Assembly: GCF_001194135.2 (NCBI RefSeq)
Contig: NC_068985.1
Coordinates: forward strand, 9,315,035-9,379,034
Direction of reading: 5' to 3'
DNA: 64,000 nt
DNA from: Octopus bimaculoides
Lineage: Eukaryota
Below, piece by piece: positions 38,684 to 50,152 of the stretch (its first letter is position 1; each line of letters starts with the position of its first letter). Position numbers and translations under genes: made by a program. The notes under the pieces are model-generated. The model did not search any database. It had not been told where the DNA came from and saw only the letters and a list, made by a program, of their open reading frames with translations.

Positions 38684-39624
38684 TTCAGTCATTAGACTGC
38701 GGCCACGCTGGGGCACCGCCTTGAAGAATTATAGTCAAACAAATTAACCCCAGTACTAATTTATATATTTATTTATTCATTTATTCTTTGTTTTGTTTTG
38801 TAAGCCTGATACTTATTCTATAGGTGTCTTTCGCCGAACCGCTAGGCTTCGGGGATTTAAACACACCAACACAAGTTGTCAAGCGGTAGTGAGGGACAAA
38901 CACAGACACATATGACAGGCTTCTTTCAGTTTCCGTCAACAAAATCCACTTACAAGGCTTTGATCGGTCAGAGGCTATAGTAGAAAACACTTGCCCAAGG
39001 TACCACGCAGTAGGAATGAACCCGGAACAATGGGGTTGGGAAGCAAGCTTCTTACCACACAGCCACACCTGCAACCTTTTACTTGTTTTAATTAGACTGA
39101 GGCCATACTGGGGCACGGCCTTGAAGAATTTAGGTTGATCGAATCAACTCCAGGACTTTTTTTTTTTTTAAACCTGGTACTTATCTGCCTCTTGTGCCAA
39201 ACCATTAAGAGGAGGTAAACACACCAGCACCGGTTGTCAAGCGGTAGTGGGGNNNNNNNNNNNNNNNNNNNNNNNNNNNNNNNNNNNNNNNNNNNNNNNN
39301 NNNNNNNNNNNNNNNNNNNNNNNNNNNNNNNNNNNNNNNNNNNNNNNNNNNNNNNNNNNNNNNNNNNNNNNNNNNNNNNNNNNNNNNNNNNNNNNNNNNN
39401 NNNNNNNNNNNNNNNNNNNNNNNNNNNNNNNNNNNNNNNNNNNATATATATATATATATACGACGGGCTTCTTTCAGTTTCCGTCTACCAAATCCACTCC
39501 GCCCGAGGCTATAGTAGAAGACACTTGCCCAAAGTGCCACGTAGTAGGACTGAACCCAGAACCATATGGTTGGGAAGCAAGCTTCTTACCACACAGCCAC
39601 TCATGCGCCTATATATATATAGTT

Positions 39625-39664
<40 letters not shown>

Positions 39665-39960
39665 GACCCTCGGTTATATTTTTCAAGGCCAGAATTTTTT
39701 TTCCTTTTTGCTTGTTGCAGTTATTAGACTGCGGCCATGCTGGGGCACCACCTCGAAGAATTTTTAGACGACTGTATGGAAGCTAGAATTTTTTTTATTT
39801 TAAGCCTAGTCAAAACCACCTCTGTGATATATTTCGTTTCTTTTTGTTTGTTTTTGTTGTTTTTTTCATTTGTACTTGTTAAATCATTAGACTGCGACCA
39901 TGCTGGGGCACCGCCCTGAAGAACTTCTAGTCGAATTTATCGACCCAAGAATTTTTTTTT
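38684..39960 (-). repeat. Cluster of family C SINEs (two near full-length, plus fragments)
   Basis: Family C motifs; the N gap at 39253-39443 sits at the internal microsatellite. Confidence 0.8.
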
Positions 39961-40644
39961 CGGTGATTTTCAACCAGCACATGAAGTTAAGCGTGAAAGG
40001 TCTCTCCACATGCTAAAAATAGCAGCCAAATCTCTAGAACTTTTTGCTTTTAATTTCACGTAAACAAAAACGGAAATCACGGTTGTAAAAATAAACTTTT
40101 TTTTTCCAAAATTCAAATTTTTAACTAAGCAAAAATATATTCAATCGAAAATAAATAAGTTGAATAAAATAAACAGAACACAAGAGTCCATTACTACTCA
40201 AATGTACATATTTTCTGAATTCTAAAAAAGAGGGAAAGCCTTTACTTCAAGAAATGTGTTTTACAAGCCAAAAGCATTCCTCATCGGCAGCAGCAGTAGC
40301 AGCAGCAGTAGCAGCATCGTCATTATCACGACAGCCACCAGCATCACCACCATTATCACCACCACTTCCATCACCACCATCGTAAGTATTGCTCATGATT
40401 ATCACCGTTGCCAAAACGGTGACCAGCTATAAAACCACCATGACCACCACCACCAACAACAGCTCGACCTCATTCATCTTCATTATCGTCATCAGCAAGC
40501 TAAGAAGAATCGTGGCCATCCATACCATACATACAGGAAACATACATTTTTTGTAGCGAATATTCAAAACCGAAAGTTTGCGATGACAGGAAAAGTGCAG
40601 CTGTTTGGGTTTTAAGTGAAGGAGCTTAAAAAACATCAGGAATA

Positions 40645-41056
40645 GTCTTTTCTATTCTCAGATCGACCCCAGTACGCAACTGGTACTTAATTTATCAACC
40701 TCCAAAGAATGAAAGGCAACGTGAACCTCAGCGGAATTTGAACTCAGAACATAAAGACAGACGAAATACCGCTAAGCATTTGGCTCGGCGTGCTAACGTT
40801 TCTTATTTCTTTACTGCCCACAAGGGGCTAAACATAGAGGGGATAAACAAGGACAGACAAACGGATTAAGTCGATTATATCGACCCCAGTGCGTAACTGG
40901 TACTTATTTAATCGACTCTGAAAGGATGAAAGCAAATTTGAACTCAGAACATAAAGACAGACGAAATACCACTAAGCATTTCGCCCAGCGTGCTAACGTT
41001 TCTGCCAGCTCGCCGCCTTAGATATGAAATATATTCTTTTCTACTCAAGGCACAAG
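40645..41056 (-). mobile_element. Dimeric family A SINE
   Basis: Same junction tgctaacgtttcttatttctttactgcccacaagggg. Confidence 0.85.
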
Positions 41057-41234
41057 NNNNNNNNNNNNNNNNNNNNNNNNNNNNNNNNNNNNNNNNNNNN
41101 NNNNNNNNNNNNNNNNNNNNNNNNNNNNNNNNNNNNNNNNNNNNNNNNNNNNNNNNNNNNNNACGTGCTAACTATCTATTTATCTACCTATCTGACTCAC
41201 TCGATATATCTATCTATCACCCTCTCTAGATAGA

Positions 41235-41592
41235 TAGATATTGCTTACAGTCGTATTTGTTTGTGTTTGTTTGGTCGTTTGTCCATGGACAAGGTATCTC
41301 AAAAACCGCTGGATGGATTCGGATGAAACCTTCAGGGATGTTTGACCCCGTAACTGGCACGAACTGACACGATTTGGGGATCGATTAGGTACCGGACAAG
41401 AATTCTGAATTATGTCTCCTGTTTTTTTTTTTTTTGTTTTTTTTTCTCTTAAGTTTCACTTTTAGTTTTCTCGTTTGTGAAAGCAGTCGAGTTTATTTCA
41501 GATATTCTCATTTAAAAAATTGTCTCTGGTTAATTGTTAAGGAGACGTTGGTGTTGCGTTGGCGGAGGTTTGCGCTCTCTACGTGCTCTTGT
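41235..41592 (+). mobile_element. Helentron-associated (HINE/DINE-like) non-autonomous element
   Basis: (tttg)n-like stretch, atctcaaaaaccgctggatggattcggatgaaac, and the 3' end ttggcggaggtttgcgctctctacgtgctcttgt typical of these elements. Confidence 0.55.
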
Positions 41593-42300
41593 AAGGACTT
41601 GGCAGTTAAAATTTGCTCTCTGATAGGTTAAAGACAGTTTCAAGTGCCTACTTTGGCAAACTGCTGGTAAGAATTGAATAGACTTTAATAGGTATACAAT
41701 GACACACACATAAGCATGCATCCACAGACATATTTACTTGCACAAGCGCATCCTTGCTCGCGCACTCACATACACACACACACACACACACATGCTCTCA
41801 TAACACACATAGGTTAACGACATATTGTATATATTGAATATGTGCGTGTGCTTCCATCCAAGTGTATCCGAATATATCTTAAGTCGAAGAGATCGCTTAT
41901 TAACCGTTCAAGCGGAGTCATTTTTTTCTTTCTTAGGGGCAATCTAATTCAGGCGCTCAGAAATCTCGAGTTGTTGTCCGGCGTAGTGGAAGACCAGAGA
42001 GGAAGAGGCACCCCTGAGCTTCTGTTAAAACACATCTCTAAGAGAAAGTTCTTCTGAGCATAAAATCGAGTGACCAGAGACTAGAACTCCCACATTCGTC
42101 AGCACTAGATATTTTAGCTCACTTTGTGTTTGCTTCAGGTCAATATGTAGACATTCCATTCATTTCATACAAACAAAAATATTCTGTTGTTGATGTTGAA
42201 ATTCCAATGAAGGAAGTTTGAATCTAGATTAGAAACCGGCTCTTTATCGGCAAGAAATCGTGAAATAAAACTGAACAATGACATACATACCTACATGAAT

Positions 42301-42355
<55 letters not shown>

Positions 42356-42514
42356 ACCGCTGATTTTTCAAAAATGTGAAAAAATATTTTTATGAAAGTG
42401 TTGAGAATGAAAATTGAACGGTCTAAGGGAAATAACTCCTATGAGAAAGATGATCGCGGGTTACATTGTAGAAATCGAAATTAATTTCTGACTACCCCCA
42501 GTAATCGGGGTAGA

Positions 42515-42870
42515 CTGTTCTTTTCTACGCTAGGCACAAGGCTCGAAATTTTGGTGGAGGGAGCCAGTCGATTAGATCGACCCCAGTACACAACTGGTGC
42601 TTAATTTATTGACTCCGAAAGGATGAAAGGCAAAGTCAACCGTGGCAGAATTTGAACTCAGAACGTAAAGACAGACGAAATACCTATTTCTTTACTGCCC
42701 ACAAGGGGCTACACACAGAGGGGACAAACAAGGACAGACAAGCGGATTAAGTCGATTATATCGACCCCAGTGCGTAACTGGTACTTAATTTATCGACTCC
42801 GAAAGGATGAAAGGCAAAGTCGACCGCTAAGCATTTCGTCCGGCGGGCTAACGTTTCTGCCAGCTCGCCG
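42515..42870 (-). mobile_element. Dimeric family A SINE (shorter junction variant)
   Basis: Junction gacgaaatacctatttctttactgcccacaagggg. Confidence 0.8.
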
Positions 42871-43694
42871 CTTTATTGGGGTAGGCTATAAAGAAATTAA
42901 TGTAACCAGCGTACAACCTTTTTCGCATACGAGTCATCTCCCTTATACTGTTCAATTTTCATTCTTCACNNNNNNNNNNNNNNNNNNNNNNNNNNNNNNN
43001 NNNNNNNNNNNNNNNNNNNNNNNNNNNNNNNNNNNNNNNNNNNNNNNNNNNNNNNNNNNNNNNNNNNNNNNNNNNNNNNNNNNNNNNNNNNNNNNNNNNN
43101 NNNNNNNNNNNNNNNNNNNNNNNNNNNNNNNNNNNNNNNNNNNNNNNNNNNNNNNNNNNNNNNNNNNNNNNNNNNNNNNNNNNNNNNNNNNNNNNNNNNN
43201 NNNNNNNNNNNNNNNNNNNNNNNNNNNNNNNNNNNNNNNNNNNNNNNNNNNNNNNNNNNNNNNNNNNNNNNNNNNNNNNNNNNNNNNNNNNNNNNNNNNN
43301 NNNNNNNNNNNNNNNNNNNNNNNNNNNNNNNNNNNNNNNNNNNNNNNNNNNNNNNNNNNNNNNNNNNNNNNNNNNNNNNNNNNNNNNNNNNNNNNNNNNN
43401 NNNNNNNNNNNNNNNNNNNNNNNNNNNNNNNNNNNNNNNNNNNNNNNNNNNNNNNNNNNNNNNNNNNNNNNNNNNNNNNNNNNNNNNNNNNNNNNNNNNN
43501 NNNNNNNNNNNNNNNNNNNNNNNNNNNNNNNNNNNNNNNNNNNNNNNNNNNNNNNNNNNNNNNNNNNNNNNNNNNNNNNNNNNNNNNNNNNNNNNNNNNN
43601 NNNNNNNNNNNNNNNNNNNNNNNNNNNNNNNNNNNNNNNNNNNNNNNNNNNNNNNNNNNNNNNNAAGAGAAGTCAAATCAGAAATATCAACTTA

Positions 43695-45571
43695 CTCGCA
43701 GAGATACCCGGCGTTGCACGTGTCACATGACCTTGAAGAATTAGACTTTTCTATTCTATTTTTTCTAATGAACTGGAATACCTATGATTCGAATTTCATC
43801 AAAATTGGCGATTAAGAATTTTAATGGGGGTTCTTTCTCTCTTTACACACCCTAACAAAAATTCTAATTATGACATATTTATCCCAAATTACTCATCTTT
43901 ATGCCCAGATTCCAAACTCCAAATCTTATAAAACCCATTCAAAGGTTTTTGCTCCTGAAAAATGGAGCTCATGGAGCTCTAAAATGTGGGAGTTAAGGCC
44001 CCTATTAGGGGGAGTCTTAAAGTCAACCAGTGAAGCTGAATTGTTGGGAATCTTTTTTAATTTGTGTCTTATATCTATTGTTCAAGTTTCTTTGAAATCG
44101 GAAATATAGAGAGTAAAGCAAGAGGAAGCCAAATGACGAATGATCGCTATAAGCAGTCAGCTACCCTACCCTAGTCGTTACCATTCCCCAATGTAGGATT
44201 CTGCACCATACAGGTGACCGGCACAGCCGCAAGATGCATTACGGATCTACAGCAACTGGAAGGGTATGACCCAACTCAAATAAACATTAACAACTGTGTG
44301 ATGTGAGAGCTAAGGGGAAATGAAATCACCACCTCTGGAGTTTGCCAATGATCATTATGCCGATAGGTAACTGAACAAAATAAATTTGCAATCTATAGAT
44401 CTCTTCGAATGTCTAATCACTTTTCTGGAAAGGCCTTGAAATCAATGTTACCACCTGGGGACTATCTCTGACCCAGTGATAATAAAAAGACTCAAAGGAG
44501 GTCTGCAACCAAATAACTTTACTCAAAATAACACTTTGCAACTGAATCAGTGGAGGCAAAGACGCTTCTCCTTTACTTGACATGCACCACATTGCAAAAA
44601 TCACAATCTAAGTATATCTCAAACTAAAATCTTACACTATTGTACCATTGAATTACAAATAATGCTCATCTTGTATCCTCGAGTGACTCTACAGCTCCCA
44701 AGACTACAATTGTATCCGTCTTGGCTTAGGAAAAACGACTAAATTGTGAGGGTTAATCCCCCATTAAGGGGTCTTACTAACCTCCTAAGAAGTTGAAATT
44801 TTAGGAATATTACTTCATTTGTGTCTAATATCTATGGTTAAATTTTCATCAACAGCAAAAATATATGAATTTTCATGGGGGTTATGGCTTCATCTATACC
44901 CCCCTAACTTTCAAACATGTACTGCATTACACCCGCCCTTATGCATAGAATATAATTTCCAAATTTCATAAAGATCCATTCAGTACTTTTAACCTTGTTT
45001 TGGATCATAAAAAAGGATTAGGGGGTCTTAGAGTCCTCATGAGAAGCGAAAACTTTGGGAATACTTCTTGATTTGTGTCAATTACCTATGGTTGAAATTT
45101 CATCAACATCGGATATTAAGGAATTTTCATGGGGGCGGGGTCTGCCCCCTTTTAGCCCCCTCAAATTCAAACCAAACATACTGCATTATACCCACCCTTG
45201 TGCATTGAATCGAAGTTCCAAATATCATAAGGATCCTTCCAGTAATTTTGATCCATGCAAAATGACTAAAATTTGGTGTTAAGCCCCCATTACGGGGTCT
45301 TAGAATCATCCAAATAAATTTTGGGATATATTTTTTAATTTGTTTCTAATACGTATGGTTCAAATTTCATCAAAATCCGAAGCATATGAATTTTCACGGG
45401 GAGTTCTTCCCTCTTTCTGCCCCCTCAAAATTGTATGAAACATACGGCATTACCCTTCCCGCTAGGCTTGAATTTTGTGTTCCAAATTTCATTAGGATCG
45501 GTCCAGTAGTTTTCGAGCTTATAAGTAACACACGAACACACGAACAAAGACATTGACTTTTGTATAATAGA
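43695..45571 (-). mobile_element. Non-autonomous Helitron-type element with ~250-270-bp internal subrepeats
   Basis: 5' TCTATTATAC at 45571 and 3' gtgcaacgccgggtatctctgCGAG (CTAG-like) at 43695, inserted between A and T. The subrepeat containing aaatttcatcaa...gaattttcatgggg recurs about four times. Confidence 0.65.
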
Positions 45572-45756
45572 TAAAGAATTTGGTTCTATTACTTTTAATA
45601 GTACCAACAATATTTCATGTGATAGAATAATAAATTACGATGGTTAGCTTAATATAATGGGAACGTTTGTTCCCATTATTATTGATTAAAAATCTTATAA
45701 CTTAACGACATTTGTAATGTTACAGAGAAACCCTGCCACATTCCAAATGAATTCAT

Positions 45757-45917
45757 AGGCGTAGGAGCGACTGTGTGGTCAGAAGCTTGCTTCCCAGCCG
45801 CATGGTTCTGGGTTCAGTCCTACTGCGTGGTACCTTGGGCAAGTGTCTTCTGCAGTAGCCTCGGGCCGACCAAAGTCTTGTGAGTGGATTTAGTAGATGG
45901 AAACTGAAAGAAGCCCG

Positions 45918-45987
<70 letters not shown>

Positions 45988-46189
45988 TTGGTGTGTGTGT
46001 GTATCTGTGTTTGTCCCCACACCATCGCCTGAAAACCGATGCTGGTGTGTTTACGTAACTTAGCGGTTCGGCGAAATGAACGACAGAATAAGTGTTAGGC
46101 TTACAAAGAATAAGTCCTGGGGTCGATTTGTTTGACTTAATGCGGTGCTCCAGCATGGCTGCAGTCAAATGACTGAAACAAGTAAAAGA
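45757..46189 (+). mobile_element. SINE family C (tRNA head, CORE-like segment, internal (TG)n)
   Basis: ggcgtaggagcgactgtgtgg...ggttcagtcc...accttgggcaagtgtctt (CORE-like), (tg)n, and tail gactgaaacaagtaaaag. Confidence 0.88.
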
Positions 46190-46279
46190 CTAACTGACTG
46201 GCATAACTACACAACTGCGTCCCCCTCCCCCATTGACTTTGTTTCCTCATAACTTTCTGCGAAATCTTTTCTCCTTCAT

Positions 46280-46646
46280 CTTTTACTTGTTTTGGTCATT
46301 AGAATGTGTCAATGCTGGAGCACCGCCTTGAAGAATTTTTAGTCGAGCCAGTCGACCCCAGTTGTTTTTCTTTTAAAGCCCAGCTGCTTATTTGATCGGT
46401 TGTTTTGTCGAACCGCTATGTCATGGGATATAAACACATCAACACCGGTTGTCAAACACAAACTCAAAGACAAACACATATATACGACGGGCTTCTTTTA
46501 GTTTCCATCTACCAAATCCACTCGCAAGGTTTTGGTCGACCCCATGCTATAATAGCAGGCACTTGCCCAAGGTGCCACGCAGTGGGAATGAACACGGAAC
46601 TACGTGATTGGGAAGCAAGCCTCTTACCACACAGCCACGCCTGCCC
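46280..46646 (-). mobile_element. SINE family C, inverted relative to 45757-46189
   Basis: Reverse-complement match over the full length. Confidence 0.85.
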
Positions 46647-46763
46647 CTAAACGGATATCTTTTTAGGAAATTTTCTAGAAATATCTTTACGACGGTGTAG
46701 ATTAGGATTCAATCGGAATTTCATACGAGAAAGAAAGAAATTGTTGGCCTGCATATATACATA

Positions 46764-47184
46764 TGTAGTGACAACTTATAGCAGACGACTGTTATATGTT
46801 CAATGTCCGGAGTTTTATCCACGCATGCGCAGGGACTAGTTCCGGAGGAATACAGGAAGAGTCTCATGCACATGCGTAGAGTTCGACACCCAGCTTTGGC
46901 GCCTTTTCTTAGTCTCGTCGTTGACTGATCCCCGTCGAGCCAAGACGTCCAACAGAGCTCTCTCACATGTCAGCACCAGAGCTTCACAAATAACCACGGA
47001 AATCATTCAGGAGGCGTCTCAGCAACCGAGGGCGATGAGCTACCGAATTCCCTCCAAGCGTGAACTGAATTCCACTGTAAATAAATGTTGTTATGTTGTT
47101 CAGAATCTGCGTTCCGTTGTTTCTTCTAGAAATTTAATGTACGGAAGCGGTGTACACCTAATGGTGTATAACCACTTCCCTACA
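46764..47184 (+). mobile_element. Solo LTR (421 bp, Gypsy-like) with a 4-bp TSD (CATA)
   Basis: TGTAG...CTACA termini, CATA on both flanks, a poly(A)-signal-like AAATAAA at ~47079-47085, and GC-richer than its flanks. Strand is inferred from that signal only. Confidence 0.7.
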
Positions 47185-47309
47185 CATACATCGTGACGAT
47201 GGTGTGGTCACATGTGTAGAGATATGCATTACTAGGCTTCAAATTTGCACTTAGAGGTGAAATCGATTATACTAAGTTGTGTATTTAGCTGGTATTTTAT
47301 TTTAGCAAA

Positions 47310-47680
47310 GTGGAGGTGCAATGGCCCAGTGGTTAGGGCAGTGGACTCGCGGTCATAGGAACGCGGTTTCGATTCCCGGACCGGGCCTTGTGAGTGTTTA
47401 TTGAGCGAAAACACCTAAAGCTCCACGAGGCTCCGGCAGGGGATGGTGGCGAACCCTGTTGTACTCTTTCACCACAACTTTCTCTCACTCTTACTTCCTG
47501 TTTCTGTTGTGCCTGTAATTGAAAGGGTCAGCCTTGTCACACTGTCATGCTGAATATCCCCGAGAACTACGTTAAGAGTACACGTGTCTGTGGAGTGCAC
47601 GTTAATTTCACGAGCCGGCTGTTCCGTTTATCGGATCAACTGGAACCCACGTCGTCGTAACCGACGGAGTGCCGACAACA
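47310..47680 (+). mobile_element. SINE family B with a 12-bp TSD (TATTTTAGCAAA)
   Basis: A/B boxes present; TSD at 47298-47309 and 47681-47692; ends 240 bp upstream of the TRMT10A ATG. Confidence 0.92.
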
Positions 47681-47919
47681 TATTTTAGCAAAAGATAGCA
47701 ACAGAAAGTTGAAGATTAGCAAGAAATCAAATTGGGAATTAAAGGGACGTAACTCATCTCCACAAAGTTTTCTGCCAGCCTACAACCTTTATGTGGAGAG
47801 TAAAGCTAATTTATCACCTTTGTACGAAGGCTGTGTTATTGTCAAAGCTGAAAGCACGTGATATTTCCTCCACGCGGTGTTTGTAATTAAGAAGTAGAGA
47901 GTGGAGGAGAGACACAGGT

Positions 47920-48089
47920 ATGTCCAGTGAAGACAAACAGACGGAGGAGATCGTGGATACTCCTGCCGAAGAAGAAGAAGAAGCAGAAGGAATAAAAGAC
48001 GAATCTCAGAATAGAAATGGTTTGTCGAAAAATCAACTTCGGAAATTAAAGAAACGTGAAAGATGGTTATTAGTGAAGAAAGAAAAACG
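47920..48089 (+). CDS. TRMT10A: tRNA (guanine-N1, position 9) methyltransferase 10 homolog A, coding exon 1
   Basis: MSSEDKQTEE...LSKNQLRKLKKRERW (SKxQxxKL..W motif of the Trm10 N-terminus). Donor CG|gtaagt, phase 2. Confidence 0.85.
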
Positions 48090-48420
48090 GTAAGTGTTGT
48101 AATTAAAGTCATATTATTCAACCCTTGTCCAGCAGAACTGTAATTAAATGTATTCTATTTGTGATATACCCCCTCCCTTTTTTTATTCTAAGGTGTCTTG
48201 GACCTCAATACTCAACGTGTTCTTCCTTTGCTTAAAATATTTCTGTGTGGTTTGAAAGTTATTTGCTATTTCTTCCACATTATGTCTCCCTTGTTTGCTC
48301 ATCGTGAGAAATGTTATTTTCTGTCACACTTAATTACAGCTACTGTCCCCAACTATTTTGTAATTCATATTTTTTTATGTCCCTCAAACGTTATTAATAA
48401 ATAAATGGTAAATTTTCAGA

Positions 48421-48548
48421 TTAACACCCGCACGATCTTCACTAGGGTTTTAGGGTCAGGGTTAGGATTTTAGGGTTAGTGTTAGGGACGGAATACCCTA
48501 ACCGTAATCCTAACCCTCATACCCTAGTGAATATCGTGCGGTAGTTAA
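48421..48548. mobile_element. TTAA-flanked ~120-bp palindromic MITE with telomere-like repeats
   Basis: ccgcacgatcttcactagggt / accctagtgaatatcgtgcgg; degenerate TTAGGG units then CCCTAA units. Confidence 0.7.
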
Positions 48549-48949
48549 TCTGAAAATTTACCAAATAAATTATTATTATTATTATCTGCACTTTTTGTAA
48601 TTCTTCCTTGTAATGTGACCGTCATCTGTTGCTCGCCAGCCAAAAAAGCTGAGCGGCATTTCGTCCGACTTCGTGTTCCACCGAGGTCGATTTTGCTTTT
48701 CGTCTTATTGGGGTCGATGTAGTTGACTAACCCTTCCAAAACTGATGTAACCGATAGATACTACCAGCTTCCAAATATACCACTTTCGAAATCACGAGCA
48801 AAAATACTATTGTACCAATCTGATATTTAGAGGTTCTTAACTATTCAACTGCCTGCTTAAAAAAAAATATATATAAAAAGGACTTCTGCTGAAACTTGCA
48901 AAAAAAAATAAAATAAAATAATTGCTAAACTAACGAAGGTTCCCCAGTT

Positions 48950-49060
48950 GGGCGGAGGTAAAGAATACGTACAACACTGGTTTTCGGCGTAACAAAAACC
49001 CTAATCCTAACCCCTGACTCTAAACCTACCCACCAGTGTACGTATTCTTTACCTTCGCCC
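48950..49060. mobile_element. ~110-bp MITE with an apparent 6-bp TSD (CCAGTT) and internal CCCTAA-like repeats
   Basis: TIR gggcggaggtaaagaatacgtaca / tgtacgtattctttaccttcgccc; ccagtt on both flanks. Confidence 0.7.
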
Positions 49061-49212
49061 CCAGTTGTTCAACTCCCTACCTAAAGAAATCTGATGTAAT
49101 CGACCGATTCCTTTCTCCAGAATTTCATGTCTTGTGTCTATAACAGAAAGAAATATCATCAACTGTACCTTTTTTTTTATAATGCCTTCTGGGTGGAATT
49201 CTCATTTACGTA

Positions 49213-49676
49213 CGGCATATAACCCCACCACATAACTTTTATTTTGGGTGGTTTTCAGAAAAATTTTTTCGAATTCGTATTCTACACATGGGAATTCATA
49301 CGATTATGCAAAAAAAAAAAAATAGAAAAGAAAAATTGTTGCTTGATTTAAGGATTATTTAGCTGTTATTTTTAGCACATCTCATGACCACCTCATTCAT
49401 ACTCTCCTCGTTTGTTCGGCAATCTGACATTTTGATGTTTTCCGAATTATTTCGCCCCATAAGCACATTTAATGGTCCGTTGCCGGGATTTAAGCCAAAA
49501 TTTTGAACTGTCCGTGTTTTAAACTGATTTTTTTTTTAAATATTCGAAAAATTTAAAAATTTTTCGTTTTTTTTGTTTTTTGCATAGTCATGTGAATTCT
49601 TGTGTGTAGAATACAAGTTAGCAAAAAATTTCTGAAAATTCCAATGACTAAAGAAGTTATGAGAAGTTATATGCCG
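49213..49676. mobile_element. TIR element with ~110-bp imperfect TIRs in TRMT10A intron 1
   Basis: cggcatataac...ttttcagaaaaatttt...gtattctacac...atgcaaaaaa is mirrored at 49590-49676. Confidence 0.7.
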
Positions 49677-49824
49677 AATTCTTATCATTAACTGCAGTGT
49701 TTTTGTAATTCTTTCTTGTAATGTTCTTTTATCTTTGCCTTGGGAATCAGAAGGAATTTTGTTATTATTATTATTATACAAATTCCGCCAAGGTTGACTT
49801 TGCCTTTCATCCTTTCGGGGTTAA

Positions 49825-50152
49825 TGCCAGTGGCACCTGTGCCGGTGGTATGTAAAAAGCACCATTCGAACACTGGGCCTCATAAAGGCAGTGACAGGTG
49901 ACCAAGATCCTTGGCGATATACCGTGCTTGTGTAGACCTGTTAAGTCAGGTGAGAGCATAGTTATGGTCAATGGCACATAAAAAGTACCCACTAAGACTC
50001 TTGGAGTGGTTGGCATTAGGAAGGGCATCCAGCTGTAGAATCTTTGCCAGATTAGATTGAGCATGATGCAGCCTTCTGGTTCACCAGTCCTCAGTCAGAC
50101 CATCCAACCCATGCCAGCATGGAAAGCGAACGTTAAACGGTGATGTTGATGA
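49825..50152 (+). mobile_element. Family D repeat ((GAT)n tail, ggttggc.ttaggaagggcatcc motif)
   Basis: Ends ...ccatgccagcatggaaagcgaacgttaaacggtgatg. Other copies at ~30178, 50820, 51565, 54395, 59665 and 62395. Confidence 0.8.

Noticed and set aside
40285-40500. His/Gln-rich coding exon
   Set aside because: A decayed trinucleotide tract (CAG/CAC/CAT) with in-frame stops and no partner exons.
47310-47385. tRNA genes (also 5800-5880, 28520-28603, 54845-54921)
   Set aside because: A/B boxes are present but acceptor stems are incomplete and each runs into a repeated SINE body; these are SINE heads.
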